Positions 22,719 through 31,612 of a stretch of 64,000 bases of DNA are shown here, piece after piece. Location of the stretch: contig CAVTWJ010000009.1 in the NCBI GenBank assembly GCA_963738405.1, positions 310,580-374,579 on the forward strand. The letters are read 5' to 3'. A program made the position numbers and the translations under genes. Source of the DNA: a candidate division FCPU426 bacterium (GTDB lineage Bacteria; Oederibacteriota; Muellerivitia; Muellerivitales; Muellerivitaceae). Position 1 is the stretch's first letter. The number at the start of each line of letters is the position of its first letter. Under the pieces are notes generated by a model that did no database searches, was not told the origin of the DNA, and saw only the letters and a program-made list of their open reading frames with translations.

Positions 22719-23599
22719 GCCCCCAAGAAGTTCGGTTACGAACCCCCGCCAAAATCAATCCGGTTTTGGAGGTGCTTGGAAAGAGAACCGACGGCTACCA
22801 TGACCTGGCCCTAGTCTTCCAGGCGGTTTCCCTTTATGACGAACTCATCCTCGAAAAAATCACCTCGGGGGTGGAATTGGTGATCGATCCGCCCCTTCCG
22901 GAACTTTCGGGGGACGACTCGAATCTGGTGGCCAAAGCGGCGCGCCTTTTCCTGAACGAGGTTCTGGGGGGCCGCGAAGGGGTCCGCGTCCTGCTGAATA
23001 AAAAAATCCCCCTGGCCGCGGGGCTGGGAGGAGGCTCCAGCGACGCTGCGGCGACGCTATTGGGGTTGGAGGCGCTTTTTCAAACCGGCTGCGGCAGGGA
23101 ACGGCTCAAAGGTTTCGCGGCGAAGCTTGGTTCGGATGTGGCCTTTTTTCTGGAGGGGGGAACGGCCCTGGGGACGGGAAGGGGCGAAATCATCGAACCC
23201 TGGCCCGCCGGGCCTTCCTGGAACTTGGTGTTGGTCAAGCCGCCCGAGGGGCTTTCGACGCCCCAGGTCTACCGGTCGGGCAAGGCCGTCCTGACGGATG
23301 GAAAAAGGGCCAAGGCCTACAAGCAAGTGGCGGAAAAAGGGAATCTTAAAGAAATATCCGGCGCCCTTTTTAACGGTCTTGAACCGGCGGCGGTTTTTCT
23401 TTTGCCGAAGGTTTTGGAAATAAAAGAAAGCCTTATCCAGTATGGCGCGCTGGGGGCCCAGGTTTCGGGAAGCGGCCCGACCCTTTTCGCGGTAACAGAA
23501 AACAAGAACGCGGCCCAGGCGCTCGCCCAAAGATTCAACCAGGAGGGCTGGGTGTCACAGGCCTTAGAGACGATTTCCAAGGGAGTTGAATTTTTATGA
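22715..23599 (+). CDS. ispE: 4-(cytidine 5'-diphospho)-2-C-methyl-D-erythritol kinase
   Basis: PAKIN, RTDGYH, KKIPLAAGLGGGSSDAA, LGSDV, SGSGPT. Confidence 0.96.
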   Translation: MSPQEVRLRTPAKINPVLEVLGKRTDGYHDLALVFQAVSLYDELILEKITSGVELVIDPPLPELSGDDSNLVAKAARLFLNEVLGGREGVRVLLNKKIPLAAGLGGGSSDAAATLLGLEALFQTGCGRERLKGFAAKLGSDVAFFLEGGTALGTGRGEIIEPWPAGPSWNLVLVKPPEGLSTPQVYRSGKAVLTDGKRAKAYKQVAEKGNLKEISGALFNGLEPAAVFLLPKVLEIKESLIQYGALGAQVSGSGPTLFAVTENKNAAQALAQRFNQEGWVSQALETISKGVEFL

Positions 23600-24639
23600 C
23601 CCTGTCTAAGAAAAATGAGAAAGCGCTCAAGGGAAAATCTTCCGGGCTCTCCGGCTGGGTTTGGGGCCTCGTCCTCTTTTTGGCTTTGGTTCTCTCGGCG
23701 GCCTTTTTCTTTATTTACCAGGTCATGCCGGGCAAGGTGGCTGAATCCCTGGTCAAGGCCACCCAAAACCAGCGTCTTCCACAGGTTCTTCCCAGCCAGT
23801 ACGGGCTGAAATATGAGAATGTGGAATTCAAAACCTCCGACGGAATCTCCCTCAAGGGATGGTGGATACCTTCCTCCCTCCACAATCCCAAAGGCACGGT
23901 GATCCTGACCCACGGGGCCTTCCACAACCGCGACCAGGTTCTGACCCGGGCCGTCTTTTTGCAGGAAGCGGGATACCAAGTGCTGACATTTGACCTGCGG
24001 GGCCACGGCGAAAGCGCCCCCGCCCCCCTCACAGGAGGGTTTCTGGAAGCGGGGGATTTCACCGCCGCCGAACATTTTCTCTCGGAAAAACACCGGCTCA
24101 AAAAACCCCTGATCTTTTATGGTTTTTCCTTGGGCGCCATCTGCGCCCTGAGGGCCGGGGCCGTCGAACCGGTGGACGCCGTCATCGCCGACAGCCCCCT
24201 CCCCAATGTTAAATCTTATATTTCCCGAAAGACCATCGGGGCTCCCTTCGCGGCCCTTCCGGGTTTCCTCGCCCAATGCATTCAAGCCTACGACATGGCC
24301 ACCGGCCTCCATTTGACGGAGCAAGACTTGGATTTAATTCCGGTGATGCGGCAAATCACGACGGTTCCAGTTTTAATTTTTTCCGGCGAGAAGGACGACT
24401 TGGCCCGAAGCTCCGAGGTTCAAGGCCTGTTTGACCAGTGCCCGGCGCCCCACCGGCGGTTGGTTTATATTCCCGACGCGGGCCATGAGCAAACCTACAG
24501 CCAATACCCGGTCATCTACGAGAAGGCGGTTTTGGATTTTTTACGGGATGTGAAAGAGGGTTTCCCTAAGGATCAAAACGTCCCCGGGGTGTTTGCGAGC
24601 CCGAAGCCGTTGGCAGATAAGACGCCGGTCAAAAAATAA
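23596..24639 (+). CDS. membrane-anchored alpha/beta hydrolase
   Basis: N-terminal TM, DGISLKGWW, FDLRGHGES, GFSLG nucleophile elbow, D and GH. Confidence 0.85.
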   Translation: MTLSKKNEKALKGKSSGLSGWVWGLVLFLALVLSAAFFFIYQVMPGKVAESLVKATQNQRLPQVLPSQYGLKYENVEFKTSDGISLKGWWIPSSLHNPKGTVILTHGAFHNRDQVLTRAVFLQEAGYQVLTFDLRGHGESAPAPLTGGFLEAGDFTAAEHFLSEKHRLKKPLIFYGFSLGAICALRAGAVEPVDAVIADSPLPNVKSYISRKTIGAPFAALPGFLAQCIQAYDMATGLHLTEQDLDLIPVMRQITTVPVLIFSGEKDDLARSSEVQGLFDQCPAPHRRLVYIPDAGHEQTYSQYPVIYEKAVLDFLRDVKEGFPKDQNVPGVFASPKPLADKTPVKK

Positions 24640-24659
24640 CCCTTCGAGAGCCTCAGGGT

Positions 24660-24863
24660 CTACTCGACACACCCAATGAAATAATGGCAGGTGTAACAGA
24701 CGATTTTGCATTTCTTGGTCACCATGGGATGCCCGCACTGGGGACAGGTGTAAAAGAGGGATTCTTCCGGGTCGACGGAGGTTTTCATCCGGAGGCCGAT
24801 ATCAAACAGGGAAGGCAGGGGCGTGATCACCGTTTTGTTGTCTAATTCTTCGTTCACGCTCAA
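24660..24863 (-). CDS. small CPxCG-type zinc-finger protein
   Basis: CPQCGHPMVTKKCKIVCYTCHYFIGC at the C-terminus; start uncertain. Confidence 0.55.
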   Translation of the reverse strand: MSVNEELDNKTVITPLPSLFDIGLRMKTSVDPEESLFYTCPQCGHPMVTKKCKIVCYTCHYFIGCVE

Positions 24864-24975
24864 AGATTAGCACGAATTTAAATAGGGTCTCAATGGGTCA
24901 GGGCGATTTGAGGCTTGAATAAGGGTCAAGGGTGAATAAAATAGCCCTCCGCCTGAATCAGGCGGTTGAGAATAT

Positions 24976-25050
24976 TGGGGCGTCGACAAGCGGTAAGTCA
25001 CCAGATTTTGGATCTGGCATTCGTAGGTTCGAATCCTACCGCCCCAGCCA
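24976..25050 (+). tRNA. tRNA-Gln (TTG)
   Basis: Acceptor TGGGGCG/CGCCCCA, anticodon arm CCAGA-TTTTGGA-TCTGG, GGTTCGAATCC, encoded CCA. Confidence 0.97.
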
Positions 25051-25258
25051 ATAAAGCCCGTCCCCTTTTTGGGGGATGGGCTTTATTGTTTTTGGTAATA
25101 AGGATTCGAACTGAGATGGGTATGGGGAACAGTAGGTCCCATGTCTTCAGGAGGGGTAACGTAGGGGGCAATTCCCCTACGAACGGAGTTGGTTTGACAT
25201 TCACCGTCCCAGCCAATAAAGCCCGTCCCCTTTTGAGGGAGATGGGCTTTATTGGCTG
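25038..25258 (+). repeat. 165-bp-period duplication of the tRNA 3' end plus terminator
   Basis: ACCG(C/T)CCCAGCCAATAAAGCCCGTCCCCTTTT..GATGGGCTTTATTG at 25038-25088 and 25203-25254. Confidence 0.85.
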
Positions 25259-25391
25259 AAGCAATAAGTTAATTCATTGTGTGGGATAGTCTCCCTATTT
25301 GGGTTGCTATTCCTTAATGGGTTAATTTCCACCTGAATTTTCAAAAATCTCTTGTTTCCCGATAGATAAAAATGGTTTCTTTTTTTAGGAC

Positions 25392-25418
25392 TGTCGATTT
25401 CATCCGTCCTTACTCGTC
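25392..25418 (+). promoter_or_regulatory. ECF42-type promoter P1
   Basis: TGTCGA-N17-CGTC upstream of yciI-yciI-sigma. Confidence 0.75.
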
Positions 25419-25476
25419 GTTATGATTGAACGGGCTTGAACCCGCTCTATCAACGAGATTTAAAAGGAGTCGGAAC

Positions 25477-25824
25477 ATGAGATTCATGGCTTTATGGCAT
25501 CCAGTGGCAAATGCCGCCCCGCCTAAACCCGAGCATTATGCTCAGATGGGGAAGCTGATCGACGAAATGGTGAAAGCGGGTGTTTTGCAGGATACCGGTG
25601 GATGGGATACAAAAGCCCCGCTGATTGTGGTTACCAACACCAAGGGAAAGGTGACCGTCACCGATGGACCTTATACGGAAGCCAAGGAAATGGTGGCCGG
25701 TTTCGTCATTTTCGAGGTGAGGTCCAGGGAAGAGGCGGTCCAATGGGGCAAGCGATTCATTGAGATCGCGGGCGAAGGTTTCTCCGAGATGCGGGAAATT
25801 CCCCAACCGGCGCTCAAGCACTGA
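25477..25824 (+). CDS. YciI/DGPF-family protein
   Basis: VTDGPYTEAKEMVAGF; AAGGAG RBS. Confidence 0.9.
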   Translation: MRFMALWHPVANAAPPKPEHYAQMGKLIDEMVKAGVLQDTGGWDTKAPLIVVTNTKGKVTVTDGPYTEAKEMVAGFVIFEVRSREEAVQWGKRFIEIAGEGFSEMREIPQPALKH

Positions 25825-25881
25825 TCGAAGCCGGCTGGGTGGATACCCGGCCTTGTCCATCATCCAACCAAGGAGGCGGTT

Positions 25882-26283
25882 ATGCGATTCATGATGCTCG
25901 TAATACCTAAGAACTACCAGAAGGCCACCCCAGATGCCATGCCGGATATGAAGCAAGTCGAATTGATGATGAAGTACAACGAAAGCCTTCAAAAGGCCGG
26001 GGTGCTTCTGGAACTTAACGGGCTTTTCCCGCCTTCCGCAGGCACCCGTGTTTCCTATAAGAACGGGAAAGCCACGGTGGTCGACGGGCCCTTCACCGAG
26101 GCTAAGGAGTCCATCGGCGGTTATTGGATTATCCAAGTCAAATCGAAGGAAGAAGCCATCCAGTGGGCGTCCCGTGTTCCTTTCCTGGGTGAGGAAACCG
26201 TCGAGGTCAGGCAGATCCACGAGATGGGCGAATTCCCGCCCGAGATCCAGGAACAAGCCAAGAAGATCACGGAAACCAAGTAA
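25882..26283 (+). CDS. YciI/DGPF-family protein
   Basis: VDGPFTEAKESIGGYW, VEVRQI. Confidence 0.92.
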   Translation: MRFMMLVIPKNYQKATPDAMPDMKQVELMMKYNESLQKAGVLLELNGLFPPSAGTRVSYKNGKATVVDGPFTEAKESIGGYWIIQVKSKEEAIQWASRVPFLGEETVEVRQIHEMGEFPPEIQEQAKKITETK

Positions 26284-26301
26284 TTTGAGGATGGCCAAAA
26301 G

Positions 26302-27570
26302 TTGAGCGAGTCCAACGCATACGGCGCCATTGAGGCGGTTTGGCGCATCGAGTCCTCCAGGATTATCGCGGCCCTCGCCCGCATGACGCGGGACGTGGGA
26401 CTGGCGGAGGACCTCGCCCAAGAGGCTCTGGTGGCCGCGCTGGAGAAATGGCCCCAAACCGGAATCCCAGACAAGCCGGGCGCCTGGCTCATGACCACCG
26501 CCAAGAACCGGGCCCTGGACCTGTTCCGCCGCAAGGCGATGCTAGATCGCAAGCACAACGAACTGGGAAAGGAATTGGATGAACGTATGGAAAGGACCTG
26601 GAAGGAATTCGGCGAAGAAATGGATGACGACATCGGCGACGACCTTTTGCGCCTGGTCTTCATTTCCTGCCACCCGGTCCTTCCTCCCGAAGGCCGGGTC
26701 GCTTTGACCCTGCGCCTGCTGGGGGGCCTGACGACCCAAGAAATCGCCCGGGCTTTTTTAGTTTCCGAACCCACCGTCGCCCAGCGCATCGTGCGGGCCA
26801 AGCGGACCCTGGCCGAGGCCCAGGTGCCTTTCGAAGTGCCCCGGGGAACAGAACTGGCCGAACGTCTTTCCTCGGTGCTCGCGGTACTTTATCTCATCTT
26901 TAACGAAGGCTATTCGGCTACCGCCGGGGAGGATTGGCTCAGGCCCGCCCTTTGCGAGGACGCACTGCGGCTGGGCCGCGTTTTGGCGGGCCTGGCCCCC
27001 CAAGAACCCGAGGTCCACGGCTTGGTGGCGCTGATGGAAATACAGGCCTCCCGTTTCGGAGCCCGGGTCGGTTCCGGTGGAGAACCGGTGCTCCTCATGG
27101 ACCAGAACCGGGCCCGTTGGGACCACCTTCTGATCCAGCGAGGACTGGCCGCCCTGGAAAAGGCCGAGTCGTTTTCGAAGGTACGGGGTCCCTACACTCT
27201 GCAGGCCGCCATCGCCGCCTGCCATGCCCGGGCCAAGACGGCCGAAGAGACCGATTGGAAACGCATCGTGGCCCTTTATGACGAATTGGGAAGGATAGCT
27301 CCTTCCCCCATCGTGGAACTGAACCGGGCGGTGGCGCTCTCCATGGCCTTCGGCCCCGCCGTGGGGCTGGAACTAATCGACCAACTGGCCGCCGAACCAA
27401 CGCTTAAGAATTACCACCTCCTGCCCAGTGTCCGGGGCGACTTTTTGGCCAAAATGGGCCGCTTCCAAGAGGCGCGGGTTGAAATGGAAAGGGCCGCGGC
27501 CCTCACCCAGAACGAGCTGGAGCGCAAAATGCTCCTGAAGCGCGCGGCCTCCATCGCCGCCGGAAATTAA
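26302..27570 (+). CDS. ECF42-group sigma factor with C-terminal TPR extension (paralog A)
   Basis: AEDLAQEAL..WP..G.PDKPGAWL..AKNRALD, LRLVFISCHP, LYLIFNEGY, DW..IV.LYD, LNRAVA; next to DGPF genes. Confidence 0.92.
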   Translation: MSESNAYGAIEAVWRIESSRIIAALARMTRDVGLAEDLAQEALVAALEKWPQTGIPDKPGAWLMTTAKNRALDLFRRKAMLDRKHNELGKELDERMERTWKEFGEEMDDDIGDDLLRLVFISCHPVLPPEGRVALTLRLLGGLTTQEIARAFLVSEPTVAQRIVRAKRTLAEAQVPFEVPRGTELAERLSSVLAVLYLIFNEGYSATAGEDWLRPALCEDALRLGRVLAGLAPQEPEVHGLVALMEIQASRFGARVGSGGEPVLLMDQNRARWDHLLIQRGLAALEKAESFSKVRGPYTLQAAIAACHARAKTAEETDWKRIVALYDELGRIAPSPIVELNRAVALSMAFGPAVGLELIDQLAAEPTLKNYHLLPSVRGDFLAKMGRFQEARVEMERAAALTQNELERKMLLKRAASIAAGN

Positions 27571-27583
27571 AAGCTTCTTGCCT

Positions 27584-27610
27584 TGTCGATCCTGGCCCTC
27601 CTCCTTCGTC
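27584..27610 (+). promoter_or_regulatory. ECF42-type promoter P2
   Basis: TGTCGA-N17-CGTC followed by GTTA as in P1, upstream of the DoxX gene. Confidence 0.75.
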
Positions 27611-27648
27611 GTTAGGGTAGAAGCCGAAAACACAAAAAGGAGGAAGTC

Positions 27649-28050
27649 ATGCAATCGAATAAATCAGGCGGTTCAAAAGGGGCGCTCTGGACGGGACGGG
27701 TTATCAGTACCCTTTGTATCTTGTTTCTGACCTTCGATGGGGCCTCGAAAGTTTTTCAGGAAAACCATGTCATGCAGGCCATGGCGCAGGGGGGCTATTC
27801 ACCCAGCGTCACCGTTCCCTTGGGTATCACTCTTCTTGTCTGCACCCTTCTCTATGCCATTCCCGCCACTTCGGTTCTCGGCGCCGTTCTTCTCACCGGC
27901 TGGTTGGGCGGAGCGGTCGACTCCATGGTGCGCATGGCGGCCCCGGGCCATCCCTTTCTTTTTCCGATTTTTTTCGGGGTGCTGGTCTGGCTGGGTTTGT
28001 ATTTAAGGGATGACCGGCTTAAGGCATTTCTGCCGATCCGAAAGAATTAG
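27649..28050 (+). CDS. DoxX-family membrane protein
   Basis: Four TM segments, LYAIPATSVLGAVLLTGWLGGAV, GLYLRD. Confidence 0.85.
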   Translation: MQSNKSGGSKGALWTGRVISTLCILFLTFDGASKVFQENHVMQAMAQGGYSPSVTVPLGITLLVCTLLYAIPATSVLGAVLLTGWLGGAVDSMVRMAAPGHPFLFPIFFGVLVWLGLYLRDDRLKAFLPIRKN

Positions 28051-28060
28051 GGAGTCCGCC

Positions 28061-28609
28061 ATGTCCTATCAAGCCTATCTGGATAACATCAAAGAAAAGA
28101 CCGGGAAGTCCCCGGAAGATTTCCGGCTTCTGGCCGGTCAAAAAGGTTTGGCCGACCGGGCGGGCATCATGGCTTGGCTTAAGAAGGAATTTAACGTGGG
28201 TTACGGCCATGCCCACCTGATCGCGCACTTGATCCTGCACCATGGGGAAGCGGAGGTCGCCCCGAAGGACCGACTGGGGAAGCTTTTCTCAGGCAAGAAG
28301 GCCCATTGGCGGAAGGCCTTTGACGGGCTGGCCGGCAAGGTCATCAAGTTCGGAAAGGACGTCGAGGTCAAGCCTAACGAAACCTATATCAATTTGAACC
28401 GAAACGGAAAAAAGTTTGGGATTCTTCAACCTTCCTCGGCAGACCGCTTCGATATCGGCATCAAATTGAAGGGTTTAAAACCGCAAGGGCGGCTGGAAGC
28501 GGCTGGTTCTTGGAACTCCATGGTGACCCACCGTGTGAGCATCACGGAGGTAAAACAAATCAACGCGGAAATACTTGGCTGGCTGAAAGAAGCCTATGAA
28601 CGGATATGA
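28061..28609 (+). CDS. DUF4287 + DUF5655-like protein
   Basis: MSYQAYLDNIKEKTGK..WLK..GYGHA; C-terminal MVTHRV..WLKEAYE. Confidence 0.7.
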   Translation: MSYQAYLDNIKEKTGKSPEDFRLLAGQKGLADRAGIMAWLKKEFNVGYGHAHLIAHLILHHGEAEVAPKDRLGKLFSGKKAHWRKAFDGLAGKVIKFGKDVEVKPNETYINLNRNGKKFGILQPSSADRFDIGIKLKGLKPQGRLEAAGSWNSMVTHRVSITEVKQINAEILGWLKEAYERI

Positions 28610-28644
28610 GAAAGAAAATCTTTGATGAAATGGCGTTGAATCAA

Positions 28645-28680
28645 CAAAGCCCAATCCCGCAAGTGGGAATTGGGCTTTGT
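28645..28680. terminator. bidirectional terminator
   Basis: CAAAGCCCAATCCC-gcaagt-GGGAATTGGGCTTTG between convergent genes. Confidence 0.7.
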
Positions 28681-28699
28681 GGTAAAACCGTTCGAAGGA

Positions 28700-29701
28700 T
28701 TATTTCGCCCTATCCGATCTTTTCGTTTCCGCTTTATCCGTCAATTTGGAAATCTCGTCCTTCACTTCCTGATCGATCTTATCGTCTTGGGCGATGGCCG
28801 TTAAATCATCCGGGCTTAATTTAAAGCCCGATTCCAGGAATAACTTCACGATATAGGTATCCGAGTTCTCCGCGGCCGCCATGAAGGTGGGTTTATCGTA
28901 AGTCACATGGCCGTCGAGCAGTTTTTGCCTCGCCGCGTCTTTTTTGGCCTCGCTGTTATCGGTCGTGTTTTTGGAAGGCTCAAAGGAAAGGGAGACTTGA
29001 ACCGTCCAACCGCTGTAATCGATTCCCGTGGGCAATCCGGTGGGTAGGGCAGGCAAAGAGGAAGAGGCGGGGCTGTAGGAAACATTGGGGAAGTTGGCGA
29101 AACGGTAATTGCCCTCCACGCTGATTTGCAGGTTTTCAAAGGTTAAGGGCGTGAATCCCAAACCCAGCTCCAACCCCAGCGCGGTCCCGGCCACGTTGTA
29201 GGTGCTGCCGTTGGAAATCAAGGCGTCGTTTCCCAGAAGATCGGAGATGGAATAGAGCCCGCCGATGCAGAAGAAATAGGGTTCCAACAAAGACTTTTCG
29301 TTCACGTCGATCCGGGTCCCGGTATAGAGGGCGCAAACGGGAATGTTCCATTGAAGGTTGTATTGCTTGCCGCCTTGGTTGACGCCGCCCGATCCCGTCC
29401 GGCCCAGCCTTTCGGTGCCCACGAACCAATTGAAAAAATCCTGGGTGTAAAGGGTGATGTCCGACCCAAAGGTGGTTTGGTTCATGTCCAGGCTGTTGAA
29501 CCCGCCCGGCTGGGTGTTGTAAAAGGTTTGGCCGTAGTAAAAGTCGATCTCCTTGGTGTCGAAGGACGCGATATAGGCGGTTCCAAAGAGGGCCCCCACC
29601 ATGGTGGAGGCGACTTGGGCTGAGGCGCGCTGGGCGGGAAAAAGCGCCAGGCAAAAGATCATTCCTAAAAATATATTTTGAAACGGAAATCTTTTAAACA
29701 T
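28700..29701 (-). CDS. exported outer-membrane beta-barrel-like protein with an ankyrin-like C-terminal tail
   Basis: Signal peptide (ASA), alternating beta strands (EPYF, GLELGLGF, VEGNYRF, IDYSGWTVQVSLSF), then FMAAAENSDTYIVKLFLESG. Confidence 0.55.
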   Translation of the reverse strand: MFKRFPFQNIFLGMIFCLALFPAQRASAQVASTMVGALFGTAYIASFDTKEIDFYYGQTFYNTQPGGFNSLDMNQTTFGSDITLYTQDFFNWFVGTERLGRTGSGGVNQGGKQYNLQWNIPVCALYTGTRIDVNEKSLLEPYFFCIGGLYSISDLLGNDALISNGSTYNVAGTALGLELGLGFTPLTFENLQISVEGNYRFANFPNVSYSPASSSLPALPTGLPTGIDYSGWTVQVSLSFEPSKNTTDNSEAKKDAARQKLLDGHVTYDKPTFMAAAENSDTYIVKLFLESGFKLSPDDLTAIAQDDKIDQEVKDEISKLTDKAETKRSDRAK

Positions 29702-29753
29702 AAAGCCTCCCTTTTTAAAATCGGCCTACATCCCAATCTTCCGCCTATGTTGC

Positions 29754-30560
29754 TTATTTCTTTTTGTTTTCTTTCGCGATCTCGGTGACAAAACCCTCGC
29801 CTAAGATTCCCGCCGGCAAGGCAAAAAGGCCGATTCCCACAAAGGCATTGATGGCGTGGATCAGTTTTCCGAAATTGGTGATGGGGGTGATGTCGTGATA
29901 ACCGACGGTTGAGAGGGTCATGAGGCACCACCAAATCGTCGATGGGATATCGGGGAAATAGGTAGGCTGGGCGTCATGTTCGGCGAAGTACATCAAGCAA
30001 GAGGTAATGACCAGGGTGATCCCGGCGAGCAGGAGGGTTACGGTTAATTCGTGCCTTTTGGCGTAGATCACCCGGTTGATCATGCCCAGTTTTTTCGAGT
30101 AATGGGCGACCTTCAAAACACGGAAAATTCTCAAGAGGCGGATGATACGGATAAACCTCAAATCAATTGGGAAGAAAAAGGGCAGGTAAAAGGGAAGGAT
30201 CGAAAAGAGATCCACCAGCGCCAGGGGCGAAAAAACGTACTGGATCAGGCCCCAAAAGGGTTTCTTGTACCGCTTATCAAACTGGCTCAAATAAATCCGG
30301 CCGATGTACTCAATGGAAAAGACCACGATCGAAAATAACTCGAAACCGTCAAAATAGGGCTTATAGACCATGTAAATATTGCCGACGGTCTCGTAAATCA
30401 CCGCCAAGACGTTCATGAAAATAAGGCCGAGAATGAAGATATCGACGGTCGCGATGATTTCTTTATGTTTTTGGGAGAGGGTGGTTTTTTTCACCGGCGG
30501 GGCTCCCCAAGGGTGTTTGAGACCATCGCGCAAGATTATAACCGGACTCTTGTTTTTCAT
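29754..30560 (-). CDS. six-TM voltage-gated K+-channel-like ion transporter with a TVGYHD filter
   Basis: S4 LRFIRIIRLLRIFRVLK, pore helix WWCLMTLSTVGYHD, ALPAGIL. Confidence 0.85.
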   Translation of the reverse strand: MKNKSPVIILRDGLKHPWGAPPVKKTTLSQKHKEIIATVDIFILGLIFMNVLAVIYETVGNIYMVYKPYFDGFELFSIVVFSIEYIGRIYLSQFDKRYKKPFWGLIQYVFSPLALVDLFSILPFYLPFFFPIDLRFIRIIRLLRIFRVLKVAHYSKKLGMINRVIYAKRHELTVTLLLAGITLVITSCLMYFAEHDAQPTYFPDIPSTIWWCLMTLSTVGYHDITPITNFGKLIHAINAFVGIGLFALPAGILGEGFVTEIAKENKKK

Positions 30561-30586
30561 GTCCGGTTTTAGATTTCCCGTTCGTC
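30560..30586 (+). promoter_or_regulatory. ECF42-type promoter P3
   Basis: TGTCCG-N17-CGTC upstream of the second DoxX gene. Confidence 0.7.
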
Positions 30587-30630
30587 GTATGGTATAGAGG
30601 AGCATTGAATCCACTAAAGGAAGGCGTGAA

Positions 30631-31038
30631 ATGGCTCAAAGCGTCGCTGAAATGAAGGCCAAATGGATGAAGACGGCCAAGGTGCTCTATTGGATCGAGA
30701 CGATCCTGGTGGTTTTCTGCATGGGTTCGGGAGGGGTGATGATGCTCATCGGCTCCCCGGCCAATGTGCAGGGAATCACCGACTTGGGTTATCCCGCCTA
30801 CCTTTGCACCATTCTGGGAACGGCCAAGATATTGGGTTGCATCGCGGTTTTGTTCGGCAGTAAAAAATTCCGCACGCTCAAAGAATGGGCCTACGCGGGT
30901 TTTACTTTTGATCTATTGGGAGCCTCGGCTTCCTACGTTCTGCATGGGGGCGCGCCCCTGTTACATGTGATCGCGCCGCTCATCATCCTCGTTTTTGTTT
31001 GGCTGTCGCGTCAACAATGGAGGACCGGTTGGATGTAA
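30631..31038 (+). CDS. DoxX-like membrane protein
   Basis: LGYPAY..ILGTAKILG, LKEWAYAGF.FDL.GA. Confidence 0.88.
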   Translation: MAQSVAEMKAKWMKTAKVLYWIETILVVFCMGSGGVMMLIGSPANVQGITDLGYPAYLCTILGTAKILGCIAVLFGSKKFRTLKEWAYAGFTFDLLGASASYVLHGGAPLLHVIAPLIILVFVWLSRQQWRTGWM

Positions 31039-31048
31039 GGAGAACCCA

Positions 31049-31075
31049 TGTCCGGTTTTACTCCTCCCCTTCGTC
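31049..31075 (+). promoter_or_regulatory. ECF42-type promoter P4
   Basis: TGTCCG-N17-CGTC upstream of the VOC-like gene. Confidence 0.7.
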
Positions 31076-31126
31076 ATTCAGATAAGGAAACAAAAGGGGC
31101 CTCGGGGTCCGGAAAGGCAGGGTTAT

Positions 31127-31507
31127 ATGACGCAAATATCTTTGGGAAACCATTCCAAAATTGTCGCACTTCCCTCGGAACAGGGAAGGCTCAGACGGTT
31201 TTTTGTTGAAATCTTGGGATGCGAGCAAACGAAAAAAACGGACCAGGTGGATTATTTCCGGTTGGGGAGCGATTTTTTCCTGGCGGTCCTTTATGGCGAC
31301 CAGGTGCTGGAATCCGAATCCCTCTTGAAATCCATATGGCTGGAGCTCAAAGCAGGTCACCCGGAGGAAATGAAAAAGAAGATCCGCGATTTTGGGGTGA
31401 AGGAACTCGAAAGCTGGGACAAGGAACACCTCTATTTCCAGGGGCCGGGGGGGCAGGTTTTCCGGTTGGTCGGAAAATCCGAAGACCTCTCCCGGTTTGA
31501 AAGCTAG
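31127..31507 (+). CDS. VOC/glyoxalase-like protein
   Basis: RRFFVEILGC ... LYFQGPGGQVFRL pattern. Confidence 0.6.
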   Translation: MTQISLGNHSKIVALPSEQGRLRRFFVEILGCEQTKKTDQVDYFRLGSDFFLAVLYGDQVLESESLLKSIWLELKAGHPEEMKKKIRDFGVKELESWDKEHLYFQGPGGQVFRLVGKSEDLSRFES

Positions 31508-31533
31508 GCTGTTTTATTAGGTAAAGTTTCCCG

Positions 31534-31560
31534 TGTCCGGTAACCCTATCCCTGTTCGTC
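31534..31560 (+). promoter_or_regulatory. ECF42-type promoter P5
   Basis: TGTCCG-N17-CGTC upstream of yciI-yciI-sigma B. Confidence 0.72.
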
Positions 31561-31612
31561 ATAGGGATAGAGGCGCCGAAAGGCCTCAATAACGATCTTA
31601 AGGAGAAGCGCC

